From an uncultured archaeon (lineage in GTDB: Archaea; Iainarchaeota; Iainarchaeia; Iainarchaeales; CSSED10-239), in contig CAYXAY010000003.1 in assembly GCA_964463155.1 (NCBI GenBank), positions 2,717 to 34,716 of the forward strand: a DNA stretch of 32,000 nt, read 5' to 3'. The notes beneath the pieces are model-generated. The model saw nothing but the letters and a program-made list of their open reading frames with translations, did no database searches and had not been told where the DNA came from. Shown one piece after another: positions 9,233 through 17,332 of the stretch. Made by a program: the position numbers and the translations under genes. The first letter of the stretch is position 1; each line of letters starts with the position of its first letter.

Positions 9233-11539
9233 ATGAAGATAGGAAACTACACTGTTGGAGATCATCTTGTAGATACTGAGGGCGGAAAGAAAAAGCTTAT
9301 CTTTGACTGTAGACATTGTGTTTATGGAACTTCTATTTCTGATGACCCTAGATGTAGATATCATGTCATGAAGACACTTGAGACTGTTGAAGCAGACGAA
9401 GTAATCTTAGCTGAAGTCTATGAAAGAGTTTATTCTCAAAAACAGGTTTCTTTTCTTAAAGATGTGGTAGATTTGCTTCTTGATTTTGAGAATAGGGCTG
9501 TTTGGGTGTCCTCTCATCTTGGTATTGAGGATATGGATTGTGATGAGTGTTATCCTCAAAGACACAATAATATTATTAGGTTTGCAAGAGATCTTCTTGC
9601 TTATGATCCTATTGCTTCTTATATTTCACTAGTTAAAGAAATAGAAAACACAAGAAGCAGAGGAGAAGAACAGATTGGAAGGGCTTGCGAAAAATGTTTT
9701 AAGGCGAATTTAAAACATTTGTTGTCATTAAAGGAACAATATGAGAGAACTGAGTTTATTGGGATATTAAAACCGATACTTACAAAAGTAAAAGACTTTA
9801 ATGACCTTACCGAGGTTTACAAGACCTTGTTTGAAGCGCAGATAAAGCCTGCGTTTATTGGTTCACAACTACTTAGAAGCGATGCTGAGAAATTTGAGCT
9901 TGTTGATGAGTATCAGGTTCTTACTACTAATGTCCAAATATTTAAGCATCCTGAAAGGATTGAATATATCTACAATATCAATCCTCCAGAGTATACTTTG
10001 TCACCAGACCATTATTTTGTTTTATCAAAAACAAAAGAAACTGTTGCAAACTACCAGCCAGGAAAAGTAACATTAACTTCTGGAGCAGGAACAAGAAAAT
10101 ATTTTCAAAGGATTTATCAAAGCACTATTGCAGATGTTGCAAGAAAGTACGGGATATCTTTGGGACCAGATGATATTATTTCTCTTTCAGAGATTGTGAC
10201 CAGATACACTATTGGTTATGGGATACTTGAGATGGTGTTATCTGACAGAAACCTAACAGATGTTTTTATTGACTCTCCAATTGGGGGAAAACCAATCTAT
10301 GTCTCTCATAGTAAATATGGACAATGCCAGACAAACATTCTTTATACTGACAAAGAAGCAGAATCCTTTGTAGGAAAAATGAGAGCAATGTCTGGACGTC
10401 CTTTTGATGATGCTCATCCAATTTTGGATTATGATTTGCCTGATCTTAATACTAGAGTTGCAGCTATTGGAAGACCTCTAGCAACTGATGGCACTGCTTT
10501 TGCATTTAGATTACATAAAGATACTCCTTGGACATTGCCTCAGTTGATTGCTGTTAAGTCTTTATCGCCACTAGCTGCAGGGATGTTGTCTTTCTTTATT
10601 GATAATAGTTCAACAATACTTGTGGCAGGTTCTAGAGGTGCAGGAAAGACATCACTAATGACTGCTTTAATACAAGAGATACTTCAAAATAAAAGAATAA
10701 TTGCTCAGGAAGACACGCTTGAACTTCCTGTTATGTATTTTAAGGATATAGGTTTTAATATTCAAAGACTAAAAACTAAATCCGCAATTGGTTCTAATGA
10801 AGAGTCTACTGAAGTTAAGCCAGAAGACGCACTTAGAACGGCTTTAAGACTTGGAGACTCTGCTATCATTGTTGGAGAAGTCAGAAGTGTTGAAGCTAAA
10901 GTACTTTATGAAGCTATGAGAATTGGTGCAGCGGGAAATGTTGTTATGGGAACAATACATGCTGATTCTGCTTATGCTGTTTGGGACAGAGTTGTTAATG
11001 ATCTTGGAGTTCCAACAACCTCCTTTAAGGCAACAGACTTAGTAGTAGTCACAAAACCAATTAGATTTAAGGGCTCATTAAAGAGTTATAGAAGAGTGGT
11101 TCAAATTACTGAAGTAAAGAAACACTGGAACACCGACCCTGACGCAGAGGGTGGACTAATTGATCTTATGACTTATGATGCTAGTAAGGACGCATTGATA
11201 TTAAATGAAGATGCAATCAAGGACTCTGATCTTTTTACAAAAATCTCAACCTTGTCAGGTTTATCAATTGAAGAGATTTGGGATTATATTAAGCTACTTG
11301 CAGATGAGAAAGAATATCAGGTTAGTTTGTCAAGAGAACTTAAATGCCCTGAGATTTTGGAAGCAGAGAACACCCTTGCAGCTCATAATAAACTACTTTT
11401 AATCAAGGAAGAATGGATAGAAGAGCATGGCAAGATTGATTTTAAGACAGTTTTGGATGATTGGAAAAAATGGGTAAAAGAAGACTTTGCTCCAAGAATA
11501 GTAAAAAGAATAAAAGACAATAAAGGAAAAGAAGAATAA
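9233..11539 (+). CDS. Type II/IV secretion-system ATPase (GspE/VirB11/FlaI superfamily) with a long Cys-containing N-terminal region
   Basis: 768 aa. It has Walker A VAGSRGAGKTSL, Walker B/Asp box IIVGEVRSVEA and His box GTIHADSA. The N-terminus contains CRHCVYGTSISDDPRCRYH. Confidence 0.9.
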   Translation: MKIGNYTVGDHLVDTEGGKKKLIFDCRHCVYGTSISDDPRCRYHVMKTLETVEADEVILAEVYERVYSQKQVSFLKDVVDLLLDFENRAVWVSSHLGIEDMDCDECYPQRHNNIIRFARDLLAYDPIASYISLVKEIENTRSRGEEQIGRACEKCFKANLKHLLSLKEQYERTEFIGILKPILTKVKDFNDLTEVYKTLFEAQIKPAFIGSQLLRSDAEKFELVDEYQVLTTNVQIFKHPERIEYIYNINPPEYTLSPDHYFVLSKTKETVANYQPGKVTLTSGAGTRKYFQRIYQSTIADVARKYGISLGPDDIISLSEIVTRYTIGYGILEMVLSDRNLTDVFIDSPIGGKPIYVSHSKYGQCQTNILYTDKEAESFVGKMRAMSGRPFDDAHPILDYDLPDLNTRVAAIGRPLATDGTAFAFRLHKDTPWTLPQLIAVKSLSPLAAGMLSFFIDNSSTILVAGSRGAGKTSLMTALIQEILQNKRIIAQEDTLELPVMYFKDIGFNIQRLKTKSAIGSNEESTEVKPEDALRTALRLGDSAIIVGEVRSVEAKVLYEAMRIGAAGNVVMGTIHADSAYAVWDRVVNDLGVPTTSFKATDLVVVTKPIRFKGSLKSYRRVVQITEVKKHWNTDPDAEGGLIDLMTYDASKDALILNEDAIKDSDLFTKISTLSGLSIEEIWDYIKLLADEKEYQVSLSRELKCPEILEAENTLAAHNKLLLIKEEWIEEHGKIDFKTVLDDWKKWVKEDFAPRIVKRIKDNKGKEE

Positions 11540-11541
11540 AA

Positions 11542-12519
11542 TCAATTCTTCTTTTTAGTTCTATATTTTATCTTTGGTTTTTTAGATTTTAATTGTTTCT
11601 TTTTTATTATTTCTCTATCCCATAGTTCTGCTCTAGTTTTAGGCATCTTGCCTTTAACTTTTACTGGATTATTTAAACATTCTTCTAATATTTTTTGTTT
11701 TTCTTCTAGTTTCTTCTTTTCTGAGAAATAATTGTCTGATGTTATTACTGATTCGCCTATTGCTTTTTCTAGTTCTTTTCTTGCATTTCCTGCAATTGTC
11801 CCTCCTTTCTTTGTGACATTCTCTGTTGGAATAAAACCTTTTGGATTATCTACTTTTGAAATTTCGGTTGTTGAAACTTCTGCAAGCATATTTAGAACTA
11901 ACTCTGTGTTAGTCATATTGTCTCTTAAGTTTTCTTTTTTTAAACCTTTTAGATCTTTATATTCTCTTATGTTTCTATCTGACCAGGCTTTTGTTAAGGT
12001 GTTTGTTAAGGATGCAAAATCTGATGGTTTGTCCATACCGCTTCTTTGCCATTCATCAGTTAGTTCTTTTCTTATCTCTATTGATCTTAGTCTTTGGTTA
12101 ATCCATTCTTTTGAGTATCCTTTTTTTAGATAAGTTTGTAAGGCTCTGGTTATTGCTAGTTCTGGATCGTAATTCTCTTCAATTCTTTGGTATCCCACTC
12201 TTGCAAGCCATAGCTTGAAAGGTTCCGCTTTTTTTGAAGGAATTGATTGAATTATTCTAAACATTCCTTCAAGATTAGCACAGTCGGTTTTGTAATACTT
12301 ACCATCAGAAGACTGTAATTTCAGTTGTACGCAATTTGTGTACAACTCAACATCATTTTCTAATTCTCTAGCTTTTAACATATTCCAGTAGTTACGGGGG
12401 TTTTCACTATTTGTTAATGCGCCCACCACATCAACTACTGAAAACTACCAATCTTCTTCATGCCATATCCTTCTAATATTTTTATTTTCAAAAATCGCAA
12501 TTCCGTTTTTTTCAACCAC
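11542..12519 (-). pseudogene. Bro-N / DNA-damage-inducible protein D (DinD)-like gene interrupted by an in-frame TAG at 12445-12447
   Basis: The track ORF 11542-12429 begins VVGALTNSENPRNYW...KAEPFKLWLARVGYQRI...ENLRDNMT. The same frame upstream reads (GTG 12519) VEKNGIAIFENKNIRRIWHEEDW-TAG-FSVVDVVGAL, which is the missing Bro-N N-terminus. The start codon choice is tentative. Confidence 0.65.
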
Positions 12520-12564
12520 ACAAATCACCAAATATACGCTTATATCTGGAGGTTTATAAGACTT

Positions 12565-12595
12565 TGGAGGGTAGGTGTCCAATGCGAAAATAAGA
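12565..12595. repeat. GC-rich 31-nt motif, copy 2 (TGGAGGGTAGGTGTCCAATGCGAAAATAAGA)
   Basis: Direct-orientation match to 8238-8268. It lies between the AbiEii-1 stop and the Bro-N gene start. Confidence 0.6.
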
Positions 12596-12615
12596 TGTTT
12601 GGGTTTTTGAGTATA

Positions 12616-13386
12616 CTATATTTTATCTATAAAATCATTTAGTTCTCTTAGTAAACCAGAAAATAGTTGTCTTTTTGATTTTGGGATATAGTGATTTATT
12701 GAATTTTCTAAATATCTTAATTGTGTTTTGTCATTTAATAGTTGAGTCATCTTGTTTTTTGATTGCGTTATTAGGTCGCTGTTGTTTTCTTTATTAAATT
12801 CTTTAATTATTGTGTTTAGTGTATTTTTATTATACTCTAATTGTAATAGGAAATATAAATCATAGCTGTCTTTACCGTCTGTTCTGTTTACAAAAGCATA
12901 TAGCTTTTGTAGAATAAATTCTTCTAAGATATATGTAAGATATTGTGTGGTTTTATGAGGCACAAAACCAAAATCTACTATTTTTGTTGTTGTTTTTGCA
13001 TTTGTATTTTTGCTGATAATTTTAAACTCTAATTTTATCTTGTCTTTTTGTAGGCCTTGGAAAAAAATATCAAATCTTATTGTTTCATTCATTATTCTTG
13101 GTTTTTCTATTTGATATTCTGGCAATAGTTTTTTTAGTTTTTCATATAGTTCTGCTTTTATTACGTTTATGTTTTTATTAGAATATATATCAAAGTCTAT
13201 GTCTTCAGAAAATCGTCTTTCTTCTTTTTTTAGATAGACTCTGTTTATCCCTGTTCCGCCTTTTAATACTATATTTAGTTTGTTTTCTAGTTTTTCAAAT
13301 ATTTTGGATATTTCTAAGTCTTTTAAAATATAGTTAATAGATAGTTCGTTAGTTAATGCAAGTTTTCTTATATTTGTCATATCCAT
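12616..13386 (-). CDS. abiEii: AbiEii/AbiGii-family nucleotidyltransferase toxin (copy 1)
   Basis: 256 aa with the NTase motif LKGGTGINRVYLKKEERRFSEDIDFD. It lies 3 nt downstream of an AbiEi-like gene and ends in a TAG stop. Confidence 0.85.
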   Translation of the reverse strand: MDMTNIRKLALTNELSINYILKDLEISKIFEKLENKLNIVLKGGTGINRVYLKKEERRFSEDIDFDIYSNKNINVIKAELYEKLKKLLPEYQIEKPRIMNETIRFDIFFQGLQKDKIKLEFKIISKNTNAKTTTKIVDFGFVPHKTTQYLTYILEEFILQKLYAFVNRTDGKDSYDLYFLLQLEYNKNTLNTIIKEFNKENNSDLITQSKNKMTQLLNDKTQLRYLENSINHYIPKSKRQLFSGLLRELNDFIDKI

Positions 13387-13389
13387 TAT

Positions 13390-14169
13390 TTACCACCAAG
13401 AAAGTATTTCCTTTTCTCCAAGATTGTCTTGGAGCAACCATTTTGATATATATATTGATTTGCTGTTGGTGTTTATTAACTTTACTTTTGATTTTTTTTT
13501 AGAATTGAAATAAAACAGTATGTTTTTTGGGATTTTACAATTTGTCTTGGTTTTTAGCAATTCCAGTATGTAGCCGGTTATTTGAAATTGTCTTGCTGTT
13601 GCGTATTTGTCGTATATTTGTTTTAGTTTATTCCAGTCAATTATTTCTGCGCTATCAAAGATTGCTTTTGATAGTACGCAATAACTTCCGCAATACTGCG
13701 GCTTATAAAAACAATCAAAGATTGTTTTTTCTAAATTAGAAACAAAGACTCCGTCTTTAAGCAAATAATCAGAATATTTGTTTTTTAGATTTATGTATTT
13801 AAATACGAAATTTCCTTCATATATTGTTTTTGATTTGTTTGTGGTAGAGATAAATATTGTTGTTGGTTCATAGTCTATAAGATTATAGTATCTTAATGCT
13901 GAGAGAAAGGATATGTAGCCAGGATATATAGATAATGCGTTTTTGTATAGTTCTAGGTTTGTTTTTGCAATAGTTAATGCGTATACGCCTTTTTTTAGGG
14001 ATATTATGCGCCCTTTGTCCTTTAGTGATTTTAGTAACTCATTGATTCTTTGTCTTGTAAAGTTTGGAAACATCTCTGATATTTGTTTTGTGGTTATTGC
14101 TAAAGGTGTGTCTTTTATGATCTCAAATATCATTTGCTCTTGTTTAGTCAAATAGTTTTTAGTTTCCAT
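13390..14169 (-). CDS. abiEi: AbiEi-family antitoxin/transcriptional regulator (copy 1)
   Basis: 259 aa. It has an N-terminal wHTH (ITTKQISEMF...INELLKSLKDKGRIISLKKGVYAL) and then YISFLSALRYYNLID, typical of the COG5340/AbiEi family. Confidence 0.75.
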   Translation of the reverse strand: METKNYLTKQEQMIFEIIKDTPLAITTKQISEMFPNFTRQRINELLKSLKDKGRIISLKKGVYALTIAKTNLELYKNALSIYPGYISFLSALRYYNLIDYEPTTIFISTTNKSKTIYEGNFVFKYINLKNKYSDYLLKDGVFVSNLEKTIFDCFYKPQYCGSYCVLSKAIFDSAEIIDWNKLKQIYDKYATARQFQITGYILELLKTKTNCKIPKNILFYFNSKKKSKVKLINTNSKSIYISKWLLQDNLGEKEILSWW

Positions 14170-14265
14170 ATAATATAATTATAGTACATTTTCTTTAAAA
14201 AATTAACTATTTGTGTTTTTAGAAAGTAAACTATCATAAATTAGTTATAGCAGGTTGACAAAAGA

Positions 14266-14320
14266 GGCATTCAAATATTTATAGGGGTTATCTAATTATA
14301 AATTGTCTGATAGCAAGAAG
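14266..14320. repeat. Intergenic element, copy A (ATTCAAATATTTATA...TAATTATAAATTGTCTGATAG core)
   Basis: About 85-90% identical to 15673-15726 and 17221-17270. Its ATTCAAAT block starts 100 nt upstream of the AbiEi-1 start codon. Similarity to copy C continues to about 14383, covering a hairpin and a T-rich tract. Confidence 0.8.
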
Positions 14321-14382
14321 AAAATTTAGAAATTAAAAGAAAAAGAAAAGAAAAATTGTAAGTTATTTATGTTGTTTTACAA

Positions 14383-15579
14383 TCAATATAAAAAACCAAA
14401 TAAAAATAAAGGAATTTTATTATATTCACAAACTAAACTATCAACTACAAAATAATCCGCTTTTTGTGTAGTTTTCTTGTTTTCCCCACCTATTTCAAAA
14501 ATTTTATTGCCAATAATAAAATCAGCAGATTTTGTTTTTCCGGTCTTAATGTAACATTCTGCATTAGCAGAATATACAAAGAAGTCTTCCCTTAAAGCGC
14601 CGAGATTTGGTGTTTTATTTAGTGTGTGATTAAAAAAATATCTAAATGGTAAATTAAGAAATATTTTTGGATCGGTTCGTATTAATGGATATCCTGAATT
14701 ACAAGATTTTAGTTGTTTAAGTATATTGATTTTTTCTAAATCCCCAATAATAGAAATGATTGTGTTTCTACTTACGCGGTTTATTGATTTAGACAAATTA
14801 GAATAATTCATTTCAAAAGGAGAAGAGGTTGCTAATAAATATAAAATATTATAAATATCTGTTTCTACTTTCGGATTAATGGATCTTAAATTACTAATAT
14901 CAGAGTATATTATTTTTTTAAACACATTATCTATTGATTTATAAAATTCAGATAGATCTTTACTTTTATTATATAAGAAACCCCCAAATTTATAATATTC
15001 TTGATAATGGGTATAATACCTAGAGTAGTTATTTACTAATTCTTTTCGCGTTTTATAATCTAATATCTCTTCTAGTCTTATTTTCCTTATATCTTGATCA
15101 TACATTATGTTTATGTATTCTCTTAAAGAAGCTTGCTTTAATTCATATAATAAAACCCTTCTAGATAAATCCACTCCGCTTAGTATGTTTAAAGAAGAAG
15201 AGCTTGTAAAATATATTTTTATTTTATTTTCGTCATATATGTTTTTTAGGTGCTGTTGCCAATTTTCTTTGTAGGCAATTTCATCTATAAATATATATTT
15301 GTATTCTTTTTTTATTAAAAATTTGAGTATATCATAGAGGTTATATTTAGATAAATATATGGAATCTGCAGAAAAATATATTGCTTCTTTTTTTTTATCA
15401 AATAATTGTAATAATAAAGTGGTTTTTCCTATTCCTCTAAGTCCAGTAACGCCTATAAAATAATCTGAATTATAGTTTATTAGTTCTTCATAAAGATATC
15501 TTGTTTTTGGATAATTTTTTATTTGCTCTTTTTTATTTTGGCTTTCCAAAAGCATTTTAGAAAATATTACTTCATTCAT
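14383..15579 (-). CDS. AAA+ ATPase, divergent COG1373-like (ATPase-1)
   Basis: 398 aa with Walker A GLRGIGKTTLL and Walker B IFIDEI, plus FTSSSS, then a wHTH-like middle. The C-terminus REDFFVY...SADFIIGNKIFEIGGENKK resembles the PD-(D/E)xK-like tail of the family, but with EIGG in place of EVK. Confidence 0.75.
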   Translation of the reverse strand: MNEVIFSKMLLESQNKKEQIKNYPKTRYLYEELINYNSDYFIGVTGLRGIGKTTLLLQLFDKKKEAIYFSADSIYLSKYNLYDILKFLIKKEYKYIFIDEIAYKENWQQHLKNIYDENKIKIYFTSSSSLNILSGVDLSRRVLLYELKQASLREYINIMYDQDIRKIRLEEILDYKTRKELVNNYSRYYTHYQEYYKFGGFLYNKSKDLSEFYKSIDNVFKKIIYSDISNLRSINPKVETDIYNILYLLATSSPFEMNYSNLSKSINRVSRNTIISIIGDLEKINILKQLKSCNSGYPLIRTDPKIFLNLPFRYFFNHTLNKTPNLGALREDFFVYSANAECYIKTGKTKSADFIIGNKIFEIGGENKKTTQKADYFVVDSLVCEYNKIPLFLFGFLY

Positions 15580-15630
15580 TAGTTTTCACATATATATATG
15601 AACGCAAACAGTTATAAATTGGTCAGCAGA

Positions 15631-15669
15631 TTGACAAAAATGGCGTCCTTTTTGTCAACCTGTTGACAA
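15631..15669. promoter_or_regulatory. TTGACAA-type palindrome cluster
   Basis: TTGACAAAAA (15631-40) and TTTTTGTCAA (15649-58) form a perfect 10-bp inverted repeat. TTGTCAAC-ct-GTTGACAA (15652-69) forms a perfect 8-bp inverted repeat. A single GTTGACAA half-site sits at the equivalent place in copy A (14254-14261). Confidence 0.55.
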
Positions 15670-15672
15670 CGG

Positions 15673-15726
15673 GGCATTCAAATATTTATATGGGTCATCT
15701 AATTATAAATAGTCTGATAGAAAGGA
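15673..15726. repeat. Intergenic element, copy B
   Basis: GGCATTCAAATATTTATATGGGTCATCTAATTATAAATAGTCTGATAGAAAGGA. Its ATTCAAAT block starts 97 nt upstream of the ATPase-1 start codon. Confidence 0.8.
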
Positions 15727-15780
15727 TATTGCGCGTGAACTCATGACAACCAAGATATTTAAAACAATTCATAGATACAA

Positions 15781-17115
15781 CTATAAAAAACTAAGTGGCT
15801 GTTCAAGCATAACTAAAAATGCACTTACTGGTATTGCTAATGTGTTGTTTTTTTCTAATTCTGTTAAATTTTGTGCATATCTTGTAAGAAGCAAATGCTC
15901 TAAATTTTCATTAATTTTATTTGGAGCAATAATATTTGCTCTGTATTTTACTTCTATTGCTTTGTTATATATTATGAAATCGGTTTCTTTATTATTTTCA
16001 AACACATATTTTAAATTATAGGAATATATGTTGTGTAAATGGCCGGCAACTACATTTTCAACTAAAGTCCCTTTTGTACTTTCATTCAATATATAATTTG
16101 TAGATTCCATAAATGGATCTAAATTAGAATAGTGTGCATTTATTGAATGTATTATGAAGGGATCTTTAAAATAGAATTTTTTCAATCTATCTGTTTGTTT
16201 TTCTTTAACTTCAAATAACAGCAATAATTCATCTAAATTAAACAAGTATTCTTTTATTGTGTTTATTGGTAGGTTTGATTTTTGAGAAATTGTAGTGTAT
16301 TTTAATGAATTAGATGTGCTTTTGTTTAAAACAGATAATATTGCTATTGCTTTTTGTTTATCTAATTTTTCAAAAATCTTTTGAATTAAATCCTCGTAGT
16401 AATTTTTTGTAATTGTGTTGTTTGTAAAATATGAATTTATTGTTTCTGGAAATCCACCAGTTAATAAATATATGTCAAAGTATTTTTCTATTTCTACGGT
16501 GTGTGCCTCTAATAGCAGGTATTTTTTTTTAATCATTTCATTGTATTCCTTAGGAGAAGACGTGTTTTCTAATATTAACTGATGTAGTTTTGGGTTTTTA
16601 TTTTTTGTAATGGTTAGTAAAAACTGTCTAAAGGTTAATGGGGCCATTATTTTTTGTTCTTCAGATCTGCCTATTAATTTTTGTTTACATCTTTCAATTG
16701 CTCTGGGGTCTGAGCCAGTAACAAAAACGGTTGTTTCTTTTAATATATTCAAGTCACACATTGATTTTAAAAAAGAACAATTGTCTTTTAGGTTTTGTAT
16801 TTCATCTAATAATATTATTGAGTTTTTTTTTATATTTATAAAGCCGTCTATTTCTCTTATTAGTTCATTTGGTTTTGTAGTTATAAATGCATCTAGATTA
16901 AGGTATAGTGCTCTGTCTTTATAGGTATTTGCGATTTGTTTTAGATATATGGTTTTACCTACTCTTCTTGGTCCTTTTATTAGGTATAGTTTTCCTTGTT
17001 CTATTGGTAAAGCAATTCGTTCTATATTGATTGTTGATTTTTTTATATTTGATAAATCCGCATCCTCTAGTTCCCCCCACCAAGGGTTTTGTTGAATTAT
17101 TTTGTTTCTTTCCAT
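15781..17115 (-). CDS. AAA+ ATPase, COG1373 type (AAA_14 + DUF4143 + PD-(D/E)xK-like C-terminus), ATPase-2
   Basis: 444 aa. It shows N-terminal NPWW, Walker A GPRRVGKT, Walker B ILLDEIQ, VTGS, YLLTGGFPE and KFYFKDPFI. The C-terminal LVENVVAGHL...ETDFIIYNKAIEVKY is an E..D..EVK nuclease-like motif. It ends in a TAG stop. Confidence 0.85.
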   Translation of the reverse strand: MERNKIIQQNPWWGELEDADLSNIKKSTINIERIALPIEQGKLYLIKGPRRVGKTIYLKQIANTYKDRALYLNLDAFITTKPNELIREIDGFINIKKNSIILLDEIQNLKDNCSFLKSMCDLNILKETTVFVTGSDPRAIERCKQKLIGRSEEQKIMAPLTFRQFLLTITKNKNPKLHQLILENTSSPKEYNEMIKKKYLLLEAHTVEIEKYFDIYLLTGGFPETINSYFTNNTITKNYYEDLIQKIFEKLDKQKAIAILSVLNKSTSNSLKYTTISQKSNLPINTIKEYLFNLDELLLLFEVKEKQTDRLKKFYFKDPFIIHSINAHYSNLDPFMESTNYILNESTKGTLVENVVAGHLHNIYSYNLKYVFENNKETDFIIYNKAIEVKYRANIIAPNKINENLEHLLLTRYAQNLTELEKNNTLAIPVSAFLVMLEQPLSFL

Positions 17116-17220
17116 ATATAGTATATTACATAACTCATATATAAATATTTCTAATTATCGTTTATTTTTTAGGTGTTATTTGTAAAATAACAACTAAATT
17201 AGTTAGTTTAATTAAATAAT

Positions 17221-17270
17221 ATTCAAATATTTATATCTATCATTTAATTATAAATAGTCTGATAGAAAGA
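17221..17270. repeat. Intergenic element, copy C
   Basis: ATTCAAATATTTATATCTATCATTTAATTATAAATAGTCTGATAGAAAGA. It starts 106 nt upstream of the ATPase-2 start codon and contains the inverted repeat CTATCA-n17-TGATAG. Confidence 0.8.
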
Positions 17271-17278
17271 AAAAAATT

Positions 17279-17322
17279 AAAAAATAAGAAAAAGAAAATT
17301 GTAAGTTATTGCTTACAATTTT
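17279..17322 (-). terminator. Hairpin plus T-tract downstream of the S-layer gene
   Basis: AAAATTGTAAG (17295-17305) and CTTACAATTTT (17312-17322) form a perfect 11-bp stem with a 6-nt loop. The hairpin's upper edge (17322) lies 10 nt downstream of the stop codon at 17333-17335. On the minus strand it is followed by CTTTTTCTTATTTTTT. Confidence 0.55.
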
Positions 17323-17332
17323 TTGGACGATT

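Noticed and set aside
12430-12642. Read-through fusion of AbiEii-1 to the Bro-N gene. The AbiEii-1 TAG stop (12616-12618) is in the same frame as the Bro-N N-terminus. Separately, the plus-strand 60-aa ORF 12460-12642.
   Set aside because: The shared frame has a 1-in-3 chance expectation. The linker (YTQKPKHLIFALDTYPPKSYKPPDISVYLVIC) has no domain character, and AbiEii-1 already has full family length. The plus-strand ORF is antisense to a recognisable Bro-N N-terminus and has a low-complexity translation.
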